Shown here: positions 1-9,062 of the stretch, piece by piece
How the letters are laid out: each line of letters begins with the position of its first letter
How positions within the stretch are numbered: the first letter of the stretch is position 1
Assembly: GCA_022794615.1 (NCBI GenBank)
Contig: JAAWFD010000021.1
Span: 12,808-76,807 of the forward strand
Source: Clostridia bacterium
GTDB lineage: Bacteria > Bacillota > Clostridia > TANB77 > CAG-508
Direction: 5' to 3'
Length of the DNA stretch: 64,000 nucleotides
The notes under the pieces: model-generated
Told to the model about the DNA's origin: nothing
The model's input: the letters and a program-made list of their open reading frames with translations, nothing else
Database searches by the model: none
Program-made: the position numbers and the translations under genes

Positions 1-66
1 GCAAAACAAGGATATGCTGTGTTTGGAGAAATATTAATAAAACAATTAAATAATTTAGGCAATTAA
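1..66 (+). CDS. 3' end of an upstream gene (..AKQGYAVFGEILIKQLNNLGN*); product unknown
   Basis: Open frame running off the window start; stop TAA at 64-66; too short to identify. Confidence 0.2.
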   Translation, partial: AKQGYAVFGEILIKQLNNLGN

Positions 67-156
67 TGTGTCATGGGGACGTTCTTTTTGACACAGTTTA
101 TTATATTTTATTATTATAAAATTTTGTGTGTCAAAAAGAACGTCCCCATGACACAC
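67..156. mobile_element. REP/MITE-like element: two perfect 29-bp inverted repeats (TGTGTCATGGGGACGTTCTTTTTGACACA) separated by a 32-bp AT-rich spacer; identical to the termini of the RayT element at 46112..46989
   Basis: 67-95 and 128-156 are exact reverse complements; same 29-mer bounds the transposase gene at 46276..46959. Confidence 0.7.
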
Positions 157-174
157 AAAAAATAAAAGCGTGTA

Positions 175-1566
175 TTAATTACACGCTTTTATTAACATTG
201 GACCAATTTCAGTAACTGTACCAGCACCTAAAGTTAACACAATATCATTTTCAGAAATATTATCTTTTAAGAAATTAACACAATCATTAAAGTCTGGAAT
301 ATAAATAGCTTTTTTGTTAAACTTGTTAATTTCATTAACTAAATCTTCAGCGGATACACCAAATCTATTAGATTCTCTAGCAGCATAAATATCAAGAACA
401 ATTACATTATCAAAATTAAGTAAAGCTTTAGTAAAGTCAGAAAGTAGCATTCTAGTTCTGCTATAAGTATGAGGCTGAAATACAACCCAAGATTTGTTAT
501 ATTTTTTAGACATTAGTGCTTTAGCAGTAGCAATAATTTCAGTAGGATGATGACCATAGTCATCATAAACGCTAGCCCCATTAGCTAATCCTTTAAACTC
601 GAAACGTCTAGCAGCACCTTTAAATTTTAAAACAGCATTCTTAATATCTTGTTTAGAAATACCATAATAATCACATAAAGCAATACAAGATAAGCAATTT
701 AAAACATTGTGCATACCAGGTACTGAAAGCTTAATTCTTTCATAAAATTCATTGTTGTGATATACATCAAATTCTGCATAACCATTATCATCAAAATTAA
801 TATTAACTGCAAAAAAGTTGGTATTTTTATTAGTAATACCATAAGTAATGCATGTAGCATTAGTATGTTGTGATAAATCTAAACAATTAGAATCATCTCC
901 ATTTACAACTAAAAGACCATCATCAGGTAAAATCTTAACATATTTTACAAAGGCATTTTTTATATTCTCAAAATTTTTAAAATAATCTAAATGATCATTA
1001 TCAATATTTAAAATAATTTCTGCTCTAGGACTAAACTTTAGAAAACTTTCAACATATTCACAAGACTCAATTATAAAATACTCACTATTTCCAACCATAT
1101 AATTACCACAGATTTGTGACAAATATCCACCAACTTGAATGCTAGGTTCTTTAAGAGCCTCTAAAAAACAAAGTGCAACCATTGAGGTAGTAGTAGTTTT
1201 ACCATGAGTACCTGAAATTGCAATAGTATCATTATAACATCTTGTAATTTCACCTAAAAAGTCAGACCTTTCAATAGTAGGAATGCCAAGCTCTTTAGCA
1301 TGGATAAGTTCTGCATTATCTTGGCTAATTGCAGCTGTATATACAACAACATCAATATCTTTTGTAATGTTTTCAGAATTATGACCTATAAAAACTCTAA
1401 TACCATTTGCGTCTAATTTATTTGTAATTTCGGATACAGCATTATTACTTCCAGTAACTTCAAATCCCCATTGATGAAGTATTTCAGCAATACCACTCAT
1501 ACTTACGCCACCAATTCCTATCATATGTATTTTTTTGTACTTTTTAATTCTATCTATATTTGGCAT
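175..1566 (-). CDS. murC: UDP-N-acetylmuramate--L-alanine ligase
   Basis: 463 aa; N-terminal IHMIGIGGVSMSGIAEIL and Mur ligase central GTHGKTTTTSM motifs. Confidence 0.9.
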   Translation of the reverse strand: MPNIDRIKKYKKIHMIGIGGVSMSGIAEILHQWGFEVTGSNNAVSEITNKLDANGIRVFIGHNSENITKDIDVVVYTAAISQDNAELIHAKELGIPTIERSDFLGEITRCYNDTIAISGTHGKTTTTSMVALCFLEALKEPSIQVGGYLSQICGNYMVGNSEYFIIESCEYVESFLKFSPRAEIILNIDNDHLDYFKNFENIKNAFVKYVKILPDDGLLVVNGDDSNCLDLSQHTNATCITYGITNKNTNFFAVNINFDDNGYAEFDVYHNNEFYERIKLSVPGMHNVLNCLSCIALCDYYGISKQDIKNAVLKFKGAARRFEFKGLANGASVYDDYGHHPTEIIATAKALMSKKYNKSWVVFQPHTYSRTRMLLSDFTKALLNFDNVIVLDIYAARESNRFGVSAEDLVNEINKFNKKAIYIPDFNDCVNFLKDNISENDIVLTLGAGTVTEIGPMLIKACN

Positions 1567-1804
1567 AAAGGCACTTCCTTTTCAATTTATATTCTACTTT
1601 TAATTTTTTCCCTTTTTGATTTTAATATACGCATTATATAATTATACTATGGAAAATTCAAGTATTTTGTGATATAAAAATATTCTATTAAGAGAAAAAC
1701 ATAAATATTATTTGCATATAATGAATATTGTGGTAAAATATAGATATTAAAATAATATTTTCAAGTAAAATAAAAATCAGAGCTTGAAAAAATAGGAGGA
1801 GAAC

Positions 1805-2491
1805 ATGAGAAACAAAGAAAACATAGTATGGGGAATATTACTAGTAGTATTAGGAGTGATATTCGGATTAAATGCAATGGGAGTAACACACATAAACATA
1901 TTTTTTAGAGGATGGTGGACATTATTTATTATTCTACCAAGTATAACTGGTATAATAAAGAATCCTAGAAAAATAGGAAGTTATATATGGCTAGTAATAG
2001 GTGTAGCTATACTATTAAACATAAGAGGATTGATACAATTAAATCATATATCAAAATTAATATTTCCAGCGATATTAGTATTGATAGGTTTAGGAATAAT
2101 ATTTAAAGAACAAGTGGGAACAAAAGTAAATGAAAAAATAAAAGAATTAAACTCAAAGACAGGAAAAGAAGGATTAGAAGAATATTATGCAACATTTTCA
2201 GGGCAAGAATTAAGCTTTAAAGGAGAGGAGTTCAAGGGAGCTAATTTAAACGCCATATTTGGTGGAATAGAAATCACATTAAAAGAAGCAGAAATAACAC
2301 AAGACACATTAATAAATGCAAATTCAGTATTTGGAGGAATAGATATTATTGTTCCAGAAAAGATAAATGTAAAAGTAAAATCAACATCAATTTTTGGAGG
2401 AACAACAAATAAGGTTAAAGATGAAAAAGAAAATGCACCAACAATATATATAAAATCTTTCTGCTTATTTGGAGGAGTTGAGATAAAATAA
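1805..2491 (+). CDS. LiaF-like membrane protein (cell wall-active antibiotic response family), TM N-terminus plus repeated IFGG/VFGG C-terminal repeats
   Basis: 4-5 predicted TM helices followed by repeated xFGGxEI motifs typical of LiaF/YvqF C-domain; SD AGGAGGAG upstream. Confidence 0.5.
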   Translation: MRNKENIVWGILLVVLGVIFGLNAMGVTHINIFFRGWWTLFIILPSITGIIKNPRKIGSYIWLVIGVAILLNIRGLIQLNHISKLIFPAILVLIGLGIIFKEQVGTKVNEKIKELNSKTGKEGLEEYYATFSGQELSFKGEEFKGANLNAIFGGIEITLKEAEITQDTLINANSVFGGIDIIVPEKINVKVKSTSIFGGTTNKVKDEKENAPTIYIKSFCLFGGVEIK

Positions 2492-2529
2492 AAGAAGCTT
2501 TTTTGGATATTAAGCAATAAAGCTATGAT

Positions 2530-3363
2530 ATGGAGGTTAAGATGAGTCAAGCACAAAAAATAATAAAATACTTAGCAATAGGATTAGGATTATTTTTAGC
2601 AATAAGTATAATTGGATGGATAGTATCAGGACTATTTTTCATAACAGGAATGAATCAGGTAGTTAATTTTGGTGGAGGCAATGTTAACATGATAACATAT
2701 AGCCAAGAATATCAAGAAGTAGAAAACTTAAAAATAGATATAAAGCAAGCAAAATTATATATAAAAAAGGGAGAAACACTTAAAATAGAAGCAGACCAAG
2801 TAAATGAAGATTGGAAAATAAAACAGGATGGAAATACATTAAAAATAAGTAATGTAGGGAAATCATGGAATATGTATAGTGATACACCTGTATTAACAAT
2901 ATATATACCAGAAACTATAAATTTAAACAAAACAGAAATTGACTTTGGAGCAGGAGAAACTGAAATAGAATATTTAGTAAGTAACAGTATAGATTTAGAC
3001 TTTGGAGCAGGAAAAGTTGATATAAACAACATAGAAGCAGAAAAAACCAATATAGAATGTGGAGCTGGAGAAGTAATAATATCAAATGCAGATTTAAATA
3101 ATCTAAAATTAGAGGCAGGAATTGGAAGATTAGAATATTCAGGATATATAAGAGGTAAAAGCGATATAGAATGCGGAGTAGGAGAAGTTGACTTAAATTT
3201 AAAAGGTGGAGAAGCAATTTATAAAATTTTTGTAGAAAAAGGGTTAGGAGATATAACCTTAAATGGAGATAGCATAAAAAATAAGACAGACATAGGAGAT
3301 GGAGAAAACAAAATAGATATAGAAGGCGGAATAGGGTCAATAAAAATAAAGATAGAAGAGTAA
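2530..3363 (+). CDS. DUF4097-like beta-repeat protein (LiaG-like putative adhesin fold), N-terminal TM anchor
   Basis: N-terminal TM helix then repeated DFGAGE/ECGAGE/ECGVGE units. Confidence 0.45.
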   Translation: MEVKMSQAQKIIKYLAIGLGLFLAISIIGWIVSGLFFITGMNQVVNFGGGNVNMITYSQEYQEVENLKIDIKQAKLYIKKGETLKIEADQVNEDWKIKQDGNTLKISNVGKSWNMYSDTPVLTIYIPETINLNKTEIDFGAGETEIEYLVSNSIDLDFGAGKVDINNIEAEKTNIECGAGEVIISNADLNNLKLEAGIGRLEYSGYIRGKSDIECGVGEVDLNLKGGEAIYKIFVEKGLGDITLNGDSIKNKTDIGDGENKIDIEGGIGSIKIKIEE

Positions 3364-3451
3364 ATATTTTAAAAATAAATATAAAAAATGGAATAATATT
3401 AATCCCTCATAAATATATTTTGGTAAAGATATATTTAAGGAGGGATTAATT

Positions 3452-4999
3452 ATGGTTGTAGATGTAAACAAAGAGCAACTAACATTAAACAAACTAATAT
3501 GTGAAAAGAAAGAAACAATAATTGTACAAGGTGATATGATAGTACCAGATGCTAAACCTGACATAATAAATACAATAGATACAAGCGGAATAATAAGTAT
3601 ATATAAAAAAGAAGTATTAGATGGAAAAGTAAGAATAGATGGAAATGTAAATATATATATTATGTATTTAGCAGACAATGGAGAAGATAAAATAAGGGGG
3701 CTAAACACAAATTTAGACTTTTCAGAGAATTTTATAATTCCTGAATGTAGAGGCGAGATGAAAGCGGTACTAGAAACAAATATAAAATTAATAGAATGTA
3801 AAGTATTAAACGGAAGAAAAATAAATGTAAAAGCATCTGTAGAAACAAAAGTAAAAGTATTTGCAAGTGAAGAAACTAGTGTAATATCAGATATAAATAA
3901 CAGCAATATACAAACTTTAAAACCAACATATAAAATAAATACACTAGTAGGTGCAGGAGAGGCAAAAACATATTTAAAGGAAACAATGTCAATAGATAAC
4001 ACAGATAATTTAGCAGAAATACTAAAGGCAAATGTCAATTTAATAGACAAAGATATCAAAGTAAGCTATAACAAGATATTAGCAAAAGCAGAAGCGGAAA
4101 TACAAATAATGTATTTAACAGAAGATAATAGAGTAAACACAACTACAAGCAAATTACCTATTGTAGGATTTGTAGACATACAAAATGTTTCAGAGAATAA
4201 CATATGTGATTCTTCATTTGAAATAAAAAATATAGTATTAAAGCCAAATAGTATAGAAGAACACTCAATATATATAGAAATGGAGATAGAAATATCATGT
4301 CAAAGTTATGAAGAGAGGGAAATTAGCATAATAGAAGATTTATATAGTATATGCAGTAATTTAGATTATACAAAAAATATAATCAGAACAATGGCAAACA
4401 AATGCAAAAGAAAAGAAATGCTAAGCATAAGAGAAAAAGTAAATGTGCCTGAAATTGGAGATAATAGAATTATAGATGTAGAGGTAGTACCAGTTATTCA
4501 AGAAGAAAATAGAATGAATACAAGAGTTAGATATCAAGGAGAATTAAGCTTAACTATAACATATGTAGATAATTCAAGTATAGGCATAAGTAATAAAAAT
4601 GTAAAAGTTCCATTTGACTTTACAGTTGATAATATAAATGTGCCAGAAAACACAGCATTAGATACAGAAATGGAAGTAAAATCAAAAGATTTTATAGTAC
4701 AATCTGGAGGAGATATAAATTGTAATGTAGATATTGAATTTGGAATGGATAGATATGATGATATACAATTAGATATAATAGATGCAGTAAATGAGGAAGA
4801 AGTAGAAGATGAACAAGATTATAGTGTTGTAATATATGTTGTAAAACCTGGTGACACATTATGGAAAATTGCTAAGCAATTTAAAAGTACAGTTGATGAT
4901 ATAGTAAGGGTAAATGGAATTGAAGATTCTAATAAAATAATGGCAGGAGAAAAATTATATATTCCTAAAACTGTTAAAACAAGAGTAAGCTATGTATAA
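3452..4999 (+). CDS. DUF3794 (SPOCS) domain plus C-terminal LysM protein, SipL/SpoVID-like sporulation protein
   Basis: C-terminal LysM signature (VVKPGDTLWKIAKQF...NGIEDSNKIMAGEKLYIP); long N-terminal region resembling clostridial SipL; SD AAGGAGGG. Confidence 0.5.
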   Translation: MVVDVNKEQLTLNKLICEKKETIIVQGDMIVPDAKPDIINTIDTSGIISIYKKEVLDGKVRIDGNVNIYIMYLADNGEDKIRGLNTNLDFSENFIIPECRGEMKAVLETNIKLIECKVLNGRKINVKASVETKVKVFASEETSVISDINNSNIQTLKPTYKINTLVGAGEAKTYLKETMSIDNTDNLAEILKANVNLIDKDIKVSYNKILAKAEAEIQIMYLTEDNRVNTTTSKLPIVGFVDIQNVSENNICDSSFEIKNIVLKPNSIEEHSIYIEMEIEISCQSYEEREISIIEDLYSICSNLDYTKNIIRTMANKCKRKEMLSIREKVNVPEIGDNRIIDVEVVPVIQEENRMNTRVRYQGELSLTITYVDNSSIGISNKNVKVPFDFTVDNINVPENTALDTEMEVKSKDFIVQSGGDINCNVDIEFGMDRYDDIQLDIIDAVNEEEVEDEQDYSVVIYVVKPGDTLWKIAKQFKSTVDDIVRVNGIEDSNKIMAGEKLYIPKTVKTRVSYV

Positions 5000-5026
5000 T
5001 GCAATTATTCTAGAAAAGGGTAAACT

Positions 5027-5743
5027 ATGTATAAAATTTATTCAAGAAAAAGATTAAGATTTGGAATACATAATAATGGAACAAGTATTAATAATAGAAA
5101 GAGACAGTTTAAGTTTGGAAAGATAATAGTTATAGCAATAATAGCATTTGAGACTATAAAAATATTGTTAAATTATATAAACCCCATATATGAAAAGATT
5201 GCAATTGAATCGGCAAAATCATTAGCTACAATAGTTACAAATGAGCAGTCAACAATTGTTATGAAGCAACATACTTATGATAATATGTTTTCAATTGAGA
5301 AAGATAATAACGGAAATATAAGTATGATAAAATCAAATATATCTGAAATAAATGAAATTATTTCAGATATTGCTAATTTAGTGCAAGAAAATTTAAATGA
5401 CTCTAGAGAAAATGAAATTAAAATTCCACTAGGTAGCTTTTCAGGTATATCTCTATTCTCAGGAACGGGACCTAGAGTGAAGATGAATGTAGTTTTACTA
5501 GGAAATGTTGATACAGAACTAAGAAGCGAATTTATATCTAAGGGGATAAATCAAACATTACATAGAGTATATCTGCAAATAGATTGTAAAGTAAAAGTCT
5601 TATCTGCTTATAAAGATTTGAATTCGAATATTTCAAATCAAGTTTTGCTTATTGAAAATGTGATAGTTGGTCAAATTCCATCAACTTATTATAATTTAGA
5701 GGGATTACAAACATATGAAGATACACTTAATATAATAGATTAA
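5027..5743 (+). CDS. yunB: sporulation protein YunB
   Basis: 238 aa, N-terminal TM, central/C-terminal region typical of YunB family (GSFSGISLFSGTGPRV..VLLGNVDTEL). Confidence 0.55.
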   Translation: MYKIYSRKRLRFGIHNNGTSINNRKRQFKFGKIIVIAIIAFETIKILLNYINPIYEKIAIESAKSLATIVTNEQSTIVMKQHTYDNMFSIEKDNNGNISMIKSNISEINEIISDIANLVQENLNDSRENEIKIPLGSFSGISLFSGTGPRVKMNVVLLGNVDTELRSEFISKGINQTLHRVYLQIDCKVKVLSAYKDLNSNISNQVLLIENVIVGQIPSTYYNLEGLQTYEDTLNIID

Positions 5744-5975
5744 ATGTTTTGCAAGTAGCTTTTTTGGGAGTAGAACAAGATTCTTGATCTACTTTCAGAA
5801 AAGTAATTTTTTAGAAAACAGATAATTTTTCAAGTGGGGGTAATTACCAGCACCTAGAAGAAAAGCATTCCTTAGAGATAATATATATTAGTATCAAAGG
5901 CTTATACCAATTTTCAAAAAAATATTGACTGAATACTATATTTGTGATATAAATAGCAAGAACAAGGAAGAAAAA

Positions 5976-6050
5976 GGCCCCTTGGTCAAGCGGTTAAGAC
6001 GCCACCCTCTCAAGGTGGAATCATGGGTTCGATTCCCGTAGGGGTCACCA
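5976..6050 (+). tRNA. tRNA-Glu (anticodon CUC)
   Basis: Cloverleaf by eye: acceptor GGCCCCT/AGGGGTC, D-arm GGTCAAGCGGTTAAGAC, anticodon stem CCACC/GGTGG with loop CTCTCAA, T-arm GGGTTCGATTCCC, 3' ACCA encoded. Confidence 0.75.
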
Positions 6051-6120
6051 ACTACATTCTGTTCGAACTTTTTATAGAACAGAGATATACAAATATCATT
6101 CTGAAAAGGATGGTATTTTT

Positions 6121-7536
6121 TTGCTTTCAGAAAGAAATTGTTTCGTACAGCCCCCATGTTATGTGCCGTTGGTCATAACATATAGGGGGTTAGGACTTAT
6201 GGCAAAGTCAAAGTCCTGTGCTACGAAGAAAGTTCAAAGGAGGGATTTTATGGAGCAAGAATTGGCATATTCTTTTCACTTGGGTAGTGATAAAAACAAA
6301 AGTAAATTAGCAAAGAAAGTTGCAAAAGAAAATGTATCTGGTTCAACTTCTCTATCTAATAATGCAATTCAAAATGCAAAAGATTTATCAGATGTTAATA
6401 AACACAATTTAAGAGATTATGATAATCAAAGAGAGTTAATTAGAACAATTTATGGAACAGATGATATTGTAAATGATGTTAAGCAAGTATATTTAGATGA
6501 GTTTGAACAAGCTAGAACTGAATATAACCAGAAGCAAACTCGTGAAGATAGAAAAATTGAAGATTACTTCAAAAAGGTATGCGAATCTCAAAACGATATA
6601 GCTTGTGAAATTATAATAGAACTTGGAGATATGGACTTTTGGAACAATACACTTTGACGAAACTTCTCCTCATATGCACATTGTAGGTGTTCCAGTAACT
6701 ACAAATTGTACTAGAGGAATGAAAAAGCAAGTAGGAAAAAGTAAATTGTTTACAAAAGCAATACTAGCTGAAATACAAGACAAAATGAGAAATGCTTGTA
6801 TTAAGTCATATAACAAGTTTTATGAGGTCAAACACGATTAAAAGAAAAGCAAAAAGGTAGAAATCAAGATATTTATGTTAATGATATGAGTAATTACAGA
6901 GAAATAAAGAAATAACTAGCTAAAAAAGAGCAAAAACTTGAAAAAGCTAATAATCAAACAAAACAACTTGATAATACTAGCAATGATGTAAATAAAATAT
7001 TAGACAATTTGAAACCTACTCTAATGAATAAAAATAATATGGTTATTTCAAACGAGGATGTCCAGAAAATCAGAAATTATACAAAAGATGTAAAAGATAT
7101 TACACAAACAGTTAGAAGTGTAAACGACTTAAATATGGCTATTAAAGATTTTGAACGCTCTGCTTTTGAAATAGAAAAGGAAAATCGTTCACTTAAATAT
7201 GAAATAGAACTAAAAGATAATGAAATTGGAAGTTTGAAAAAGGAACTATCTACTAAAGACAATATTATTAGCAAATTACAAGCTGAAAAAGAAAAACTAA
7301 AACAAGAATTACACAAATTTAAAGGCTTTTGGCATAGCTTAATGAAACATTTTCATAAAAGAATTTGCTATGATAAAGATAACAACTATAAAATTGTAAG
7401 TGATGACCTATACAAAAATGGAATTTTTGATAACAACGACAATGAAATTGCAAATAATATTTTAAGAGAAGTAACTATATCAGATGAAAACAAGCAAACC
7501 AAGAATAAGAAGAAAAATAATGATACCAGATTTTAA
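6121..7536 (+). pseudogene. MobV/Pre family plasmid mobilization relaxase, disrupted by frameshifts/stops (pieces 6121..6657, 6623..6841, 7009..7536)
   Basis: Middle fragment carries relaxase motif III HFDETSPHMHIVGVP (HxDExxPHxH); adjacent fragments in different frames; C-terminal fragment is coiled-coil like MobM C-terminus. Confidence 0.6.
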
Positions 7537-7551
7537 AGGGAGGAAAATGTT

Positions 7552-7863
7552 ATGGAAGAAGATAAAATTGAAAATGTAATAAATATAATTAAAGGTATGG
7601 ATGTAAAAGACAGGTTAAGACTTGCAATATGTATGAACGATAGCCAGTGGCTTACTTTAGACTATGACAGAAAAGAAATGTATAATAAATTTGATACACA
7701 CTTAAGAAAAATTGATAAGGAATATAGAACAACTCTAATAAATTTTGGACAAAGCAAATATTTTATTATAAATTTTACTATGGCAAAACTTATGGAAATG
7801 GAACAAACTGATAGAAATAAAATAGCACTATATTTATTTAATAGCATGCCTACATTATGTTAA
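7552..7863 (+). CDS. hypothetical protein (103 aa) in tRNA-Glu-adjacent islet
   Basis: ORF with SD AAGGGAGG upstream; no recognisable motif. Confidence 0.3.
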   Translation: MEEDKIENVINIIKGMDVKDRLRLAICMNDSQWLTLDYDRKEMYNKFDTHLRKIDKEYRTTLINFGQSKYFIINFTMAKLMEMEQTDRNKIALYLFNSMPTLC

Positions 7864-8000
7864 TTTGTTTTTTTAATCAAAATATGTTATAATAAGATTA
7901 ATCTATTGTACTTTACACAGCAAAGTACAGAAGAAATTAATCATTTTTTCTGGAGGGGCTGTGTAAAACCTCCAGAAGATAATTTCAGGAGGTAAGCAGT

Positions 8001-8234
8001 ATGGCAAAGGTTATAGTTTTCGAAAAAAATGGTGAAATTCGGTTAGCGACTTTAATCGATGACCACAAGAGCGTGTGCAGGGAGAATTTCACAGATGTTG
8101 TTCCGTGTCCTGAGGAATTGTTGGCTTATGTGCCGAGCGAGATTGCAGGATTCTGCAAAGAAACAGCTCCACATTACCTGTACCTCAACTCTGAGGGCGA
8201 GTGGGAATCAACTACGGATCCTATTCCTGTATAA
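8001..8234 (+). CDS. hypothetical small protein (77 aa) with atypically high GC / codon usage
   Basis: SD AGGAGGTAAG 7 nt upstream; local GC clearly above surrounding AT-rich DNA; followed by hairpin 8248-8282. Confidence 0.4.
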   Translation: MAKVIVFEKNGEIRLATLIDDHKSVCRENFTDVVPCPEELLAYVPSEIAGFCKETAPHYLYLNSEGEWESTTDPIPV

Positions 8235-8585
8235 CCAGTATTGGCTTCTCCATCACATTTGCCACTAATTATGTGATGGAGGGGCTACTTATTATTAATT
8301 TTGTATCTTATTTTTGTTAAAAGTATTGATAATTTAAGGAAGTTATGTTAAAGTAAAGATAATAAATTGATTGATATTTGTATCAATTGTCAAGAGAGCC
8401 AACGAGTTGTAAATAACTACGTCGTTGGCACCAAAACATTCCAAAAACGAACTTTACATTTGTTAAACGGTTTAGTTCACCAAAAAAAGCTTATACTAAC
8501 ATAAGTATAAGAAATAAAAACATCTAAGCTTACATTTTATGTATTTGGAGATTTTTTTTACTAAAATTATCAAGCTAAAAAATTA

Positions 8586-8614
8586 TTGACATATAAATCA
8601 AGAAATGATAATAT
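8586..8614 (+). promoter_or_regulatory. sigma-A-like promoter (TTGACA-17-TAATAT) at the start of a ~450-nt leader preceding the P-type ATPase gene
   Basis: Consensus -35 TTGACA at 8586-8591, 17-bp spacer, TAATAT at 8609-8614. Confidence 0.4.
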
Positions 8615-9062
8615 AATTTCAATAAATATAGAATTAAAAGGGAGTAGCTATAAATTACTAATCAACAATCGCGATGAAAATCTGGTTAGTAAGCTTTATA
8701 AAAAACGAGCCTAAGATTTGCTAACAAATGCAAATTTTAAGCAAATCTAAGGCTTGTTATAATTATTCTCTACAAAAACTTATCCTACAAGGATAACTTT
8801 TTAAGAGAATAAAAAAAAAGAAGCAAGACTTTTAAAAGAGAAGGAACAAAAAGTAGTTCTAAGCTCTTTTAAAAGTCTAATTTTTTTCAAAAAGGATATA
8901 ATAAGAAAAGTGGATGTTAGCAAAAGCAAAGCTTTCTACGCCCACATGTGCATTTTGCTTCGCAAATATGCAAAGACTAATGAAACTTAACCTTATTGTA
9001 TACGAAAAAACCTTCGATTTTTCCTATACAATAAAAAAGAAATTAAGAAAGAGAGGAAAGAG

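Noticed and set aside
5936-6157. 73-aa minus-strand ORF overlapping tRNA-Glu
   Set aside because: Overlaps a well-formed tRNA on the other strand; translation has no features; artefact.
7662-7847. Small antisense ORFs in the Mob-remnant islet (7077..7316, 7662..7847)
   Set aside because: Antisense to better-supported ORFs, hydrophobic low-complexity, no SD.
8586-9062. M-box (ykoK) Mg2+ riboswitch in the P-type ATPase leader
   Set aside because: I could not recognise the conserved M-box core sequence by eye; kept only as a generic structured-leader hypothesis pending a covariance-model scan.
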